Of a stretch of DNA of 64,000 nt, positions 1-9,174 are shown piece after piece. The position numbers and the translations under genes were made by a program. This DNA comes from Patescibacteria group bacterium (GTDB lineage Bacteria > Patescibacteriota > Minisyncoccia > Phycocordibacterales > UBA12079). Each line of letters starts with the position of its first letter. Positions within the stretch are counted from its first letter, which is position 1. The stretch spans positions 11,155 to 75,154 of the forward strand of contig JAHITU010000024.1 of NCBI GenBank assembly GCA_018817595.1, read 5' to 3'. Below the pieces are notes generated by a model. It saw only the letters and a program-made list of their open reading frames with translations. It was not told the DNA's origin and searched no databases.

Positions 1-332
1 GTTTTTCCCTCCCCTGTTCTCATTTCAGGAATTCCACCGTTATTTAAAACGATTCCTCCCATTAATTGAGTATCGTAATGTCTTTGGTCTAAAGTCCTTT
101 TTGAAACCTCTCGCACCACAGCAAAAGCCTCTGGCAAAAGCTTATCAAGACTTTCTCCTTTAATTAATCTATCTTTAAATTCATTAGTTTTATTCTTTAA
201 ATCCTCATCTGAAAGAACGGAAATTTTCGCTTCAAAATCGTTAATTTTATCAACAATAGGTTGTAATTTCTTTATTTCTTTAGAATTTTGATCTCCAAAT
301 ATTTTCTTTAATTTTGTTAACATAAATAGCAT
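1..332 (-). CDS. secA: Preprotein translocase SecA, N-terminal fragment (gene continues beyond the window start)
   Basis: Reverse-complement translation from ATG at 330-332 gives [34 protein letters not shown]...[45 protein letters not shown], the canonical SecA N-terminus ending in the Walker A GEGKT region. Not in the ORF track because it runs off the window edge. Confidence 0.85.
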   Translation of the reverse strand, partial: MLFMLTKLKKIFGDQNSKEIKKLQPIVDKINDFEAKISVLSDEDLKNKTNEFKDRLIKGESLDKLLPEAFAVVREVSKRTLDQRHYDTQLMGGIVLNNGGIPEMRTGEGK

Positions 333-448
333 TTTACCATAAAATAGGTAGATTATAAATAAAAACAACTTTCAAATAAAAAATCTGCACTTGCCGAAAC
401 AAATGCAGATGCCATAATATTTTTTACAAAAATTACTTATTGGAAACT

Positions 449-625
449 TTAAATTAAAGCAAAAAATGTTTTAATATTTCCTAAACCAGAAACCAGAAGT
501 GTATTCGGACGAGAAGCTCCTGTCAAAATATGAACTATCTTAAAACCCCTAGACTCAAACAAACTAATTAAATCTTTTGTATCATTAGAATTGTTCGCCC
601 ATAATTTTATTATTTTTTCATCCAT
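449..625 (-). CDS. Small hypothetical protein (about 58 aa from the second Met)
   Basis: ORF-track entry 449..655. No recognisable family. Lies between murB and secA. Confidence 0.2.
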   Translation of the reverse strand: MDEKIIKLWANNSNDTKDLISLFESRGFKIVHILTGASRPNTLLVSGLGNIKTFFALI

Positions 626-688
626 ATTAATCCCCTTTTTTAAAATTAAAAACAATCTTTCTTAAGAATACCTAAATTAAAAAATAAA

Positions 689-1921
689 TCAAACAAAAAC
701 AACCTCCCTCTCCAACCTCAATCCTGTTTTTTCAAAAACATCTTTTTCTATTTTTTGGGCTAATTTTTTGACTTCTTCACAAGTTCCTTCACCTTTATTC
801 ACCAACATCAAGGCATGTTTGTTATAAACTCCCACTTCCCCTTCAAAAAATCCTTTCCATTCAAATTGGTCAATAAACCAGGCAATAGGAATTTTAATAT
901 TTTCTCCATCTTCAAAGAAAGGTGTTTCGGGAAATTTTTCTTTTAATTTTTCAAATTCATTTTTAGAGATAATCGGGTTTTTAAAAAAGCACCCAGCCGA
1001 TCCTAAACCTTCACTCAAGGGATAATTCTTCCCTCGAATTTCTATAATCTTTTTTCGAACATCTTTTACCTTTAAATCTTTTTTATTTTTTAAATCCTCT
1101 AAACCTTTGTAACCTAGGTTAGCTTTTCTGGACTGCTTCGTCGTTCCGCTTCGCTCCACTCCTCGCAGAGACGATTGTGGAGCAATCGTTACGGACGAGG
1201 CTTCGCCTCGTTCGTCTTCACTAGATAACCTACCAATAAATTGAGACGGATTTTTCTTCGAAAAATCCGTTGGCGAAAAGCTTTGTTTTTCGTCTTCGCG
1301 AGCGCAAGCGAAGCGATCCAGTGTTTCATCATCTAAAATTCTTAGTCTCAAAGCAACCCGAACAACCACCCAATTCGGTTCTTTTTTAAAAACAGAATTC
1401 CTATAACCGAATTCACATTCTTTATTGAGAAGCCTTTTCATCTCTCCATTTTCCATATCAAACACCTCCACCCAATCAACCACATCTTTCATTTCCACTC
1501 CAAAAGCTCCACAATTTTGCACAACTCCCGCTCCCACAGTCCCTGGAATCCAAGACAAACTTTCCAAACCCCACAGATTTTTTTTAGCCATTTTGTAAGC
1601 CAAATCATCCAAAAGCATCCCTGCCCCCACCACAACCTCCACAAGATCATCACTTAGTACTCCGACTACTAAGTCCTTATTTTCTATTTTTAGGACCAGA
1701 CCGTCGAAGCCATTATCTGAAATTAAAAGATTAGAACCTCCTCCTAAAATAAAAACAGGGAGTGAATTTTGTTTAGCAAAATTCACTCCCTCTTTTAAAT
1801 CTTCAATATCTTTAACTACTCCAAAATACTTAGCCTCTCCACCTATCTTAAAGGTGGTATATGGGGCTAATTTAATTTTTTCTTTTATTTCCATAATTTT
1901 TTTATTAACTTGGTTACTCAA
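689..1921 (-). CDS. murB: UDP-N-acetylenolpyruvoylglucosamine reductase MurB, carrying an in-frame insertion of about 70 aa
   Basis: N-terminal FAD-binding region (ILGGGSNLLISDNGFDGLVLKI), central WGLE..IPGTVGAG..QNCGAFG, and C-terminal GSAGCFFKNP are MurB hallmarks. At 410 aa it is longer than the typical 300-345 aa. The extra segment maps to a GC-rich repeat at 1127-1322. Confidence 0.8.
   Translation of the reverse strand: MSNQVNKKIMEIKEKIKLAPYTTFKIGGEAKYFGVVKDIEDLKEGVNFAKQNSLPVFILGGGSNLLISDNGFDGLVLKIENKDLVVGVLSDDLVEVVVGAGMLLDDLAYKMAKKNLWGLESLSWIPGTVGAGVVQNCGAFGVEMKDVVDWVEVFDMENGEMKRLLNKECEFGYRNSVFKKEPNWVVVRVALRLRILDDETLDRFACAREDEKQSFSPTDFSKKNPSQFIGRLSSEDERGEASSVTIAPQSSLRGVERSGTTKQSRKANLGYKGLEDLKNKKDLKVKDVRKKIIEIRGKNYPLSEGLGSAGCFFKNPIISKNEFEKLKEKFPETPFFEDGENIKIPIAWFIDQFEWKGFFEGEVGVYNKHALMLVNKGEGTCEEVKKLAQKIEKDVFEKTGLRLEREVVFV
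1127..1322. repeat. GC-rich composite palindromic repeat (TCTGGACTGCTTCG...CGAAGCGATCCAG termini) embedded in frame in murB
   Basis: This stretch is about 55-60% GC in a roughly 30% GC background. It shares terminal motifs (ctggactgcttcg / cgaagc..tccag) and internal motifs (cctcgcagagacg, gacgaggcttcgcctcg) with copies at 10906-11030, 21003-21128, 47334-47457 and 51375-51478. Confidence 0.6.
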
Positions 1922-1924
1922 AAT

Positions 1925-4102
1925 TTATAATGATCCATTTTGGATAGCTTTAATAAATCCTTCCCCTTGTTCTTTAAAATTAGGATCCAACTCAATGGCA
2001 ATTTTTAATTGATTAATAGCATCAAGATTTCTCCCCACTTCATAATAAGCGGCAGCTAAAGTGATATAAGACTGAGGATCATCTGGTTTAAATGCCAGCA
2101 TTTTTTCAGCTACTAAAACCATTTCATCAAAGTGCCTTGTATTTTTATAAGCATTTAAAAAGTTACTATCAGCAACAATTTCTCCTGACAATAAATCATC
2201 AACCAAAGCATCTTCCCCTGCATAAATAGCTCCCAAAGCATATAATTGTCTCGCTCTGTCATAATCTGTTTCTAACTCATAAGCTATTTTAAAAGAAGAC
2301 AAAGCCTCTCTATATTTCCCTTGATTAAGATTAGCCAAACCGATTTCAAAATAAATTGATTGCTTATTCGGTGATAATTCCAAGGCTTTTTCTAATTGAA
2401 CAGAAGCCCCATCATAAATACCAAAATTATTAAAGAATGAGGCAGCTAACATTCTATTTCGGGTATTTTCAGGATCTCTTTCTATTTCTTTTAAAACTTC
2501 ATCTCTCGATAATTCAAAAAAGTTATTAGTTATAGTTTGATCAACTCCAAAGCCTTTTACTTTGACTGCAAACATCATTAATTGTTCTCTTATTTCTTGG
2601 TTAGCAAAAGAATCATAAGACAAAGCCTTTTCAAAATGTTCTAAATTTTTAGACAAGCCCCCTTCTTGAGGACTCAAACCTTGCAACAAAGACCTATTAG
2701 CTAGAACCCCATTAACATTAAAAAAATAAAGAGAGGCAATAACCAGAAGAGCAATTACAGGAATACCGACACTATTCTTCTTTTCTTCATCTATTTTGTC
2801 CAGAATACATTCTCTTCGTGATTCCCCTAAGCCAACAGAACTATGAATAAACGCCAAGATAGCAAAGAAGAAAATGTAGCTGGTAATATTATCAAATACA
2901 AATAAATTATGTACAAAATACCCAACCAACAACCCTGTAAAAATACTTTTTTCTAAAATAGAAAAATCATTTCCGTGTTTCTTATTCCACAAATAATACA
3001 AAACGAAAACAAATAGCGATAAATAAGCAATCAACCCCAAGAAACCTCCAACAATCAACCAATCCATAAACACATTGTGAGTCCTATCAAACCACTCTTC
3101 CTGACCATACATTTTAGGAGTGTAATACTTATTAAAAACATAATTAAAGTTTTCTTGTCCCCAACCTAAAAGAGGCCTCTCTTTAGCTCCTTGCCATGCC
3201 ATATTCCAAATCATAAACCTAGATTTAGTGGTTTGTTCCTGCAAAGAAATAGAAGCAAAGCGATTCAGCACCTGAGACTCCCTAACAAAAGCAGTGTCTT
3301 TCAACGCAATAAATCCTCCAATAAATAAAACAGTTAACAGCAAAAGTCCGCCACAAAACTTTTTCAATTTAATATTTTCTTTTTCAAACAAAGCCACCAA
3401 GAAAGAAATTAACAAAGTCGCCCCAAAAAATCCTAAAATAGCTCCTCGAGTAGCTGTATGATAAAGAATAATAATATTAAGTATTATTGTCATTCCGTAA
3501 AATATTCCCATTGAATCTTTCCAGTTATAACGGCGTAACCATAAAAACAAAGCAATAAAAATATGAATCACAGAATAAATAGCCAAATAAGATGCATTTC
3601 CAAAAGTAGTATCCAGACGAGTGATCCCCTGTACCGCAGTAGCCCAACCCAATAATTGAAATATTCCATAAAGGCTAATCCACAAACTAACACCCAAAGA
3701 AATATTAAAAAACTTGTTCCATAATTTTTTAGTGTTTAACATCCCCACCAAAACAATGAAATATCCCAGTAGATGCAACAAGGTTACCCAACCTTCCATC
3801 CTTTCATAATTAGACCAAAAACTCTTTAACGGGTTTACCCCAAAAATATCAGCAAAAAACATTATCCCCACCAGTGATATCACCCCTCCTAAAATCCAAG
3901 AAAATTTTGGTCTGTATTCCTTATTAAACAAAGCCAAGATAGCCCATCCTCCGACGGCCATTTCTACCAATACTCTGAATAAAATGTTCTTTCCTACAAT
4001 ATAAGGAAAAAACATCGATGAACAAACCACCAAAGGAATAAAAGGAATAATAAAAATTAGGAATAATACAATATTTTTTAAAATTTTTTCATATTTAAAC
4101 AT
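1925..4102 (-). CDS. Polytopic membrane protein: O-antigen ligase/polymerase-like N-terminal domain fused to C-terminal TPR repeats
   Basis: About 12 hydrophobic helices over the first roughly 430 aa, followed by repeated A..Y.....LG..Y...G...EA TPR-like units. Confidence 0.5.
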   Translation of the reverse strand: MFKYEKILKNIVLFLIFIIPFIPLVVCSSMFFPYIVGKNILFRVLVEMAVGGWAILALFNKEYRPKFSWILGGVISLVGIMFFADIFGVNPLKSFWSNYERMEGWVTLLHLLGYFIVLVGMLNTKKLWNKFFNISLGVSLWISLYGIFQLLGWATAVQGITRLDTTFGNASYLAIYSVIHIFIALFLWLRRYNWKDSMGIFYGMTIILNIIILYHTATRGAILGFFGATLLISFLVALFEKENIKLKKFCGGLLLLTVLFIGGFIALKDTAFVRESQVLNRFASISLQEQTTKSRFMIWNMAWQGAKERPLLGWGQENFNYVFNKYYTPKMYGQEEWFDRTHNVFMDWLIVGGFLGLIAYLSLFVFVLYYLWNKKHGNDFSILEKSIFTGLLVGYFVHNLFVFDNITSYIFFFAILAFIHSSVGLGESRRECILDKIDEEKKNSVGIPVIALLVIASLYFFNVNGVLANRSLLQGLSPQEGGLSKNLEHFEKALSYDSFANQEIREQLMMFAVKVKGFGVDQTITNNFFELSRDEVLKEIERDPENTRNRMLAASFFNNFGIYDGASVQLEKALELSPNKQSIYFEIGLANLNQGKYREALSSFKIAYELETDYDRARQLYALGAIYAGEDALVDDLLSGEIVADSNFLNAYKNTRHFDEMVLVAEKMLAFKPDDPQSYITLAAAYYEVGRNLDAINQLKIAIELDPNFKEQGEGFIKAIQNGSL

Positions 4103-4227
4103 TGATTAAATTATATCATAGAAAATATGAAAACATTAAAACATTAGAATATAAAAACAAACAGATTTTGTTCTACAAAATCTGTTAATGAAAAGTTTTA
4201 TTTTATAAAACTTTTACAAAAAAAAAT

Positions 4228-4265
4228 AATTACACTAAAACCGCGACCGCGGTTTTAGTGTAATT
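4228..4265 (-). terminator. Intrinsic terminator: 18-bp perfect stem followed on the minus strand by a U9 tract
   Basis: aattacactaaaaccgcg-ac-cgcggttttagtgtaatt, with the A-run 4217-4227 on plus giving a U-run on the minus-strand transcript. Confidence 0.55.
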
Positions 4266-4512
4266 ATTTAATTCACAAAATTAAGAGCAGTCATCCGAAG
4301 ATGACTGCTCTTAATAGAGAAATGCTTGGCACAGATAGCCCTAGAATAACTCTAGGTGAGTGCGGTGAACGGACCACCACGGTGATTCGGAAACACTTGC
4401 TCTCTTTTATTGCATTTTAGCTAGGTTATTGCACCAAGGATTCCTCCTATGTTCATTATACACCAATTTAAAATTAACAAGCAAATCAATTGTGAATAAC
4501 TCAACCATTAAA
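4266..4512 (-). ncRNA. Candidate structured leader or small RNA between two terminators, upstream of the O-antigen-ligase/TPR gene
   Basis: Minus-strand TATAAT at 4455-4460. Locally GC-rich (about 50%) core at 4320-4440. A 13-bp hairpin capped by a UUCG tetraloop (4284-4313 on minus: aagagcagtcatc-UUCG-gatgactgctctt). Long-range pairing ccttggtgca...tgtgccaagc. Ends at the 4228-4265 terminator. No protein-coding potential. Confidence 0.3.
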
Positions 4513-4549
4513 AATAAAAAAAGTAGGGATGCTATCCCTACTTTTTTTA
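4513..4549. terminator. Bidirectional intrinsic terminator downstream of ndk
   Basis: aaaaaaagtagggat-gct-atccctacttttttt: a 9-bp stem flanked by an A-run and a T-run. Confidence 0.6.
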
Positions 4550-4560
4550 TTAATATATTC

Positions 4561-5034
4561 TTAGAAGTGATCTTCAGCATTTATCAATTTGTAATCCGGT
4601 TTTTCATAATCAAACAATTCACTTTCTTCAAAGAATCTTTTTATTTCAATTTCAGCATTTTCAGCAGAATCAGAAGCGTGAACTAAATTTGATTGCCCAC
4701 TCATAGAGTAATCCCCTCTAATGGATCCAGCATCAGCCTCATGTCCTTTAGTTGGTCCTACAATTAATCTTGTAGCAGAAATTGCATTTACTCCACCTAA
4801 GGCAATAAGCACAACAGGAGAAGCTTGCATATAATTTTTTAAGGTATTAAAAAATGGTTTTTCCACTAAATGACTGTAATGTTCTTCAATTAAAACATCT
4901 GAAATTTTTGTCATTTTAACTCCAATAATTTTCAAACCTTTTCTTTCAAATCTTTGCAGGATTTCTCCAAACAAGGATCTTTGGATAGCATCTGGTTTCA
5001 TTATAATTAATGTCTTTTCTTCTTTTGGATTCAT
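4561..5034 (-). CDS. ndk: Nucleoside diphosphate kinase
   Basis: EKTLIIMKPDAIQR..GEILQRFE..G..IIG..M...YMQASPVVLIALGGVNAI...GPT...A..GSIRGDY NDK motifs. 157 aa. Confidence 0.9.
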   Translation of the reverse strand: MNPKEEKTLIIMKPDAIQRSLFGEILQRFERKGLKIIGVKMTKISDVLIEEHYSHLVEKPFFNTLKNYMQASPVVLIALGGVNAISATRLIVGPTKGHEADAGSIRGDYSMSGQSNLVHASDSAENAEIEIKRFFEESELFDYEKPDYKLINAEDHF

Positions 5035-5106
5035 ATAAATTTTTTTTAATTATTAATTCCATTTATTATACCGAAAAACCTAAAAAATAATAGACTCCTA
5101 TTAAAA

Positions 5107-5850
5107 TTACTTCTTTTTAAGGTGAATAAGATATTCTTTATTTCCCTCTAATCCTTTTATCGAAGATTCTATAACCTCTAAAGGAATGAGGTTTTCTTTT
5201 ATCGATAATGTTTTAATTTTATTTATTACTTCGTTGTGTAAATCTGAGTCATAGACAAAACCCTTTTGAATTAAGTCTTTTCCCACTTCAAATTGAGGTT
5301 TGATTAATACCACAGCCTCACCACTTTTTTTTAATAATTCATTTATTTTAGGTAAGATATGTTCGAGAGAAATAAAAGAAACATCAACAGTAATAAAATC
5401 AATAGGTTCACTAAATAATTCTTTTGATGTCTCACGAATATTTTGACCTTCTATAGAAACCACTCTAATGTCATCAAGTAATGATTCTGCTAATTGATTA
5501 TGACCAACATCCAGAGCATAAACCTTTTTAGCTCCATTATGTAGTAGAACTTCTGTAAACCCTCCAGTAGAAGAACCAATATCAAGACATACCAAATTAT
5601 CAACATCAATAGACCAAACTTCTAAAGCTTTTTCCAATTTTAAGCCAGCACGAGAAACCCAATTAATATCTTTAGATATCATTTCTAAATTTACACCTAA
5701 AGGATATTTAGCAGAAATTTTAGTAACAACATTTCCATCAATTAATACTCCTCCAGACTCGATTAAATTTTTTGCACGCTGGCGTGATTGAGCATAACCG
5801 AGCTTTACTAATAACGAATCTAATCTTATCAATTCATTTTTCTCATCCAT
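5107..5850 (-). CDS. tlyA: TlyA-family rRNA 2'-O-methyltransferase (S4 domain plus FtsJ-like methyltransferase domain)
   Basis: N-terminal S4 RNA-binding motif (RLDSLLVKLGYAQSRQRAKNLIESGGVLIDG), then the SAM-binding DIGSSTGGFTEVLL motif and a methyltransferase fold. Confidence 0.8.
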   Translation of the reverse strand: MDEKNELIRLDSLLVKLGYAQSRQRAKNLIESGGVLIDGNVVTKISAKYPLGVNLEMISKDINWVSRAGLKLEKALEVWSIDVDNLVCLDIGSSTGGFTEVLLHNGAKKVYALDVGHNQLAESLLDDIRVVSIEGQNIRETSKELFSEPIDFITVDVSFISLEHILPKINELLKKSGEAVVLIKPQFEVGKDLIQKGFVYDSDLHNEVINKIKTLSIKENLIPLEVIESSIKGLEGNKEYLIHLKKK

Positions 5851-5854
5851 TTTT

Positions 5855-6622
5855 TTATCTAGTTAAAATCTCAAAACCTTCCTTTGTCACAAGCACGGTA
5901 TCTTCCCATTGAGCTACATTTTTTCCATCAATACTTTTGTAAGTGTGCCCGTCACTGGATGTATAAATTTTCCCTTCTCCTTTTGTAACAATAGGTTCCA
6001 AAGCCAAAACCATTCCCTCTTTTAAAATATCTCCCTCCCCTTTTCTTCCGAAATTAGGTACAAAAGGAGCCTCGTGAACCCCTCTTCCCACTCCATGACC
6101 TCCTAATTCCTTCATTACATTAAAACCTCTTTTCTTCACCACAGTCTCAATAGCATTTCCTATATCCCCAGTGGTTTTACCTGCTTTTATAGCCTTAATT
6201 CCAGCTTCTAAGGCTAATTTAGTAGTTTCTATTAGATTGATATCTTCTGAAGAAATTTTGCCGACAGAGAGCATTAACGTCTTGTCTGTTATTAACCCTT
6301 TATGAGTTAAACCTAAATCTATATTAACAATATCCCCCTCTCCCAAAGGTTTTTTGTTTCCTTTTCCAATCCCGTGAACAGCTTCGTCGTTTACAGAAAC
6401 ACACAAAGACGACGGATAAGGTCTATGTCCTCCTGTTGAGTAATTCAAAAAAGCAGGAGTGTCGCCCTGTTCATAAATTAATTTTTCAGCAAGAGAATTC
6501 AAATCGTCAGGAGTATTTCCAACTTTTACTATCTTGGCTACTTCATGCAAAATAAAATTAAGTCTTTTTCCGCCTTCTCTTAAAATCTCTATTTCTTCTT
6601 GTGTGTATATTATTGGTAACAT
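5855..6622 (-). CDS. map: Methionine aminopeptidase type I
   Basis: Metal ligands and motifs CVSVNDEAVHGIG, DIVNIDLG, HGVGRGVHE, LALEP are typical of MAP. It is in the conserved position after adk. Confidence 0.9.
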   Translation of the reverse strand: MLPIIYTQEEIEILREGGKRLNFILHEVAKIVKVGNTPDDLNSLAEKLIYEQGDTPAFLNYSTGGHRPYPSSLCVSVNDEAVHGIGKGNKKPLGEGDIVNIDLGLTHKGLITDKTLMLSVGKISSEDINLIETTKLALEAGIKAIKAGKTTGDIGNAIETVVKKRGFNVMKELGGHGVGRGVHEAPFVPNFGRKGEGDILKEGMVLALEPIVTKGEGKIYTSSDGHTYKSIDGKNVAQWEDTVLVTKEGFEILTR

Positions 6623-6716
6623 GATAATTAGTTAAAAGTTTGTAAAGTCCATAAAGTCAAAAGTCAAAAATTTGCAAAGCAAATTTTTTCTTAATTTAAA
6701 ATTTAAAATCTAAAAT

Positions 6717-7349
6717 TTATAATTCAAAATTTCCGATTTTGTTCATTATTTCATTATGAACCTCTTCAATACTCTGAACTCCATTAATGTCAAAAAATTC
6801 ATAACCTTCATGATTTTTATAAAATTCTAAAACAGGTACAACATCAGTATCAAACCAATCCTGTCTATTCTTTATTTTTTCTACTTCATCGTCTCCTCTT
6901 CCTCGAGCCAATAATTTTTCTTCTGCCCATTCTCTAGGGACATTAATATAAATCACTTTTGGTTTTCCATAAGAGTAAAAATCAAAAACTGAATGAAGCA
7001 CATCGGCTTGGTCTTTTTTTCGAGGCATTCCATCTAAGACTAAATCTTCATCTCCTTTTAAATTTTCAATCATTGCTGTTGCCCATAAAGAAAGAACTAG
7101 AAACATTGGTTGCAATCCCCCTTTTTCATTAATCTCATTAGCCAATTTATTAGTATAACCATTACCTTTCACAAATTCACGAAATTTATCTCCTGTTTGT
7201 AGATCAAATACCTTTCTTCCTTGTTCTTTTAAATATTTAATAAGTAATTCAGCCTGTGTTCCTTTTCCACAACCTGATCTCCCTATAAATATATATGCTT
7301 GTTTTTTATCTTCCATATTATTAAATTTGATTAAAATATTATTCTTCAA
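6717..7349 (-). CDS. adk: Adenylate kinase (true start probably the internal Met at about 7316)
   Basis: P-loop IFIGRSGCGKGTQAELL, LDGMPRKKDQAD, and an arginine-rich lid R.RGDDE. In the conserved secY-adk-map arrangement. Confidence 0.8.
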   Translation of the reverse strand: MKNNILIKFNNMEDKKQAYIFIGRSGCGKGTQAELLIKYLKEQGRKVFDLQTGDKFREFVKGNGYTNKLANEINEKGGLQPMFLVLSLWATAMIENLKGDEDLVLDGMPRKKDQADVLHSVFDFYSYGKPKVIYINVPREWAEEKLLARGRGDDEVEKIKNRQDWFDTDVVPVLEFYKNHEGYEFFDINGVQSIEEVHNEIMNKIGNFEL

Positions 7350-7442
7350 TTATAACAAAAAACCCTTAAATTGCGACAAAGGACGGTCGCGAAGCGACCG
7401 TCCTTCCTAATTTTCTAAAAACCTAATTTCCTAATCCCTATC

Positions 7443-8711
7443 TTAGTATTCCCTCATTGAAACCTGAGCATCAATTTTTTTAACTAGATCAAGTACTACT
7501 GAAACGATAATCAAAAGGGCTGTTCCTCCGATAGCCAAAGCCGCTACTCCTGTGATAGCTTGCATAATCAAAGGTAACACTGCGATTACTCCTAGGAAAG
7601 AAGCTCCTACCAAAGTAATTCTAGTTAACACTTTTCCTAAATATTCTGAAGTCTTTTCTCCTGGACGCACTCCGGGAATGAAAGCTCCACTCTTTTGTAG
7701 ATTTTCTGAAATAGAATCAGGATCAAAAGTAATAGCTGTATAGAAATAAGTAAAGAAAAATACTAACAAGAAATACATAACTGCATAAATCCATGAATTA
7801 GCCAAAATAGCTAAAATAAAATCTGAAACACTCACCACTATTGCATTAGATGAATTCACTAAGAAATTCAAAATCATTTGTGGGAATAAAAGAATAGACA
7901 TAGCAAAGATAATTGGAATTACTCCTGCTTGATTTACTCTCAATGGTAAATAAGTAGAAACTCCCCCATAAACTTTATTACCTCTCACTCTTTTAGCATA
8001 ATTAATTGGAATTGGTCTTTCAGCTTCAGTTACTACCACAATCGCATAAACAATGGCTACGGCAGCTACAACGAAACCTAATAACATTGGTAATTGAGTT
8101 ACTTCGAATCCGATATATAATTGACTTAAAGTAGTTGGTAATCCAGCCACAATACCAGCAAAAATCAAAAGAGAAACTCCATTTCCAATTCCGTATTCAC
8201 TAATCAATTCACCAATCCACATTAATATAAGAGAACCGGCCATAATAACAATAATGTTTGTAAATAATTCAAAATTTCCTAAAGGATTCACTACTCCCTG
8301 ACTTTGTAATAGTCTCAAAAATCCATATCCTTGAATAAATGCCAAAGGAATAGTCAATAATCTTGAATATTGACTGAATTTCTTTTTACCAGCTTCTCCT
8401 TCTTCATGATACATTTCCTTTAATCTAGGAATCATCATTGTCATCAATTGCATAATAATTGAAGCTGTAATATATGGAGATACCCCAAGCATTACAATAG
8501 ATAGACTAGCTAAACCTCCTCCTGAAAACATATTCAACAATCCTAGGAATTGGTTATTGGCAAAAAATTCTGTTAATCGAGCCACATCCACTCCAGGAAT
8601 TGGAATAGAAGCTAAAGCTCTAAATACAACCAAAGCACCCAAGACAAAGAGAATTCTTTTTCTTAGGTTCTTATCTTTGAAGATTAATTTAAATTTGTGA
8701 GTTAAATTCAT
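7443..8711 (-). CDS. secY: Preprotein translocase subunit SecY
   Basis: 422 aa with 10 TM segments and SecY signature regions (GVSPYITASIIMQL, FAGIVAG). Follows rplO as in spc operons. Confidence 0.9.
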   Translation of the reverse strand: MNLTHKFKLIFKDKNLRKRILFVLGALVVFRALASIPIPGVDVARLTEFFANNQFLGLLNMFSGGGLASLSIVMLGVSPYITASIIMQLMTMMIPRLKEMYHEEGEAGKKKFSQYSRLLTIPLAFIQGYGFLRLLQSQGVVNPLGNFELFTNIIVIMAGSLILMWIGELISEYGIGNGVSLLIFAGIVAGLPTTLSQLYIGFEVTQLPMLLGFVVAAVAIVYAIVVVTEAERPIPINYAKRVRGNKVYGGVSTYLPLRVNQAGVIPIIFAMSILLFPQMILNFLVNSSNAIVVSVSDFILAILANSWIYAVMYFLLVFFFTYFYTAITFDPDSISENLQKSGAFIPGVRPGEKTSEYLGKVLTRITLVGASFLGVIAVLPLIMQAITGVAALAIGGTALLIIVSVVLDLVKKIDAQVSMREY

Positions 8712-8716
8712 ATAAC

Positions 8717-9148
8717 TTATTTTATCTTACCACCATTCTTTTCAATTTTTTCTTTAGCTGATTGAGAAAAACTACAATCTGAAACATTCAATTTAATAGT
8801 TAAGTCCCCATTTCCTAAAATCTTTACACTCGGAACTTTATTTTCTTTCTTTTTAACAACTAATTTTTCTACTAAAATCTTAGGTGTTACGTCTTCTCCA
8901 TTAGTGAAATTAAGTTCAAGAGCAGCAAGGTTCACTAAAACTGGTCTTTCTTGGAAAGATTTGAATTGGTAACCTCTTTTCTTAGGTAATCTTTTGATCA
9001 AGTCTCTAACATCTGGTCTTTTAGATGTACCAGCTCTAGCATTTTGACCTTTATGTCCTCTACCAGAAGTCTTACCTCTTTTTCCTCCTCTTCCGATTTT
9101 AACAGTAGTTTTATTAGGATTTTTTCTTTTTAAATTATTTAATTGCAT
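8717..9148 (-). CDS. rplO: 50S ribosomal protein L15
   Basis: The Gly/Arg-rich N-terminus (GRGGKRGKTSGRGHKGQNAR) and length match L15. Its position is between S5 and SecY. Confidence 0.9.
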   Translation of the reverse strand: MQLNNLKRKNPNKTTVKIGRGGKRGKTSGRGHKGQNARAGTSKRPDVRDLIKRLPKKRGYQFKSFQERPVLVNLAALELNFTNGEDVTPKILVEKLVVKKKENKVPSVKILGNGDLTIKLNVSDCSFSQSAKEKIEKNGGKIK

Positions 9149-9174
9149 GATTTTTTTATAGATTTATTATTGAA

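Noticed and set aside
4429-4686. Plus-strand ORF-track entries that overlap confidently assigned minus-strand genes: 4429..4686, 7552..7743, 10218..10514, 10543..10836, 10969..11184, 17680..17925, 18376..18624, 20329..20685, 20900..21136, 22307..22609, 23052..23249, 23494..23799, 23973..24236, 24447..24659, 25599..25817, 26014..26310, 29734..29925, 29974..30180, 30558..30767, 36443..36667, 36884..37078, 37604..37807, 44037..46487, 47573..47884, 58348..58530, 58890..59105, 60056..60241 and 60524..60853. Also minus-strand ORFs inside plus-strand genes: 49294..49515, 49561..49782, 50287..50505, 51124..51357, 52781..53221, 53483..53737 and 54195..54398.
   Set aside because: Each overlaps, on the opposite strand or in an alternative frame, a gene with clear family motifs. 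They have low-complexity or implausible composition and no recognisable motifs. Antisense open frames are expected in AT-poor codon positions of GC-rich genes such as 43163..46726.
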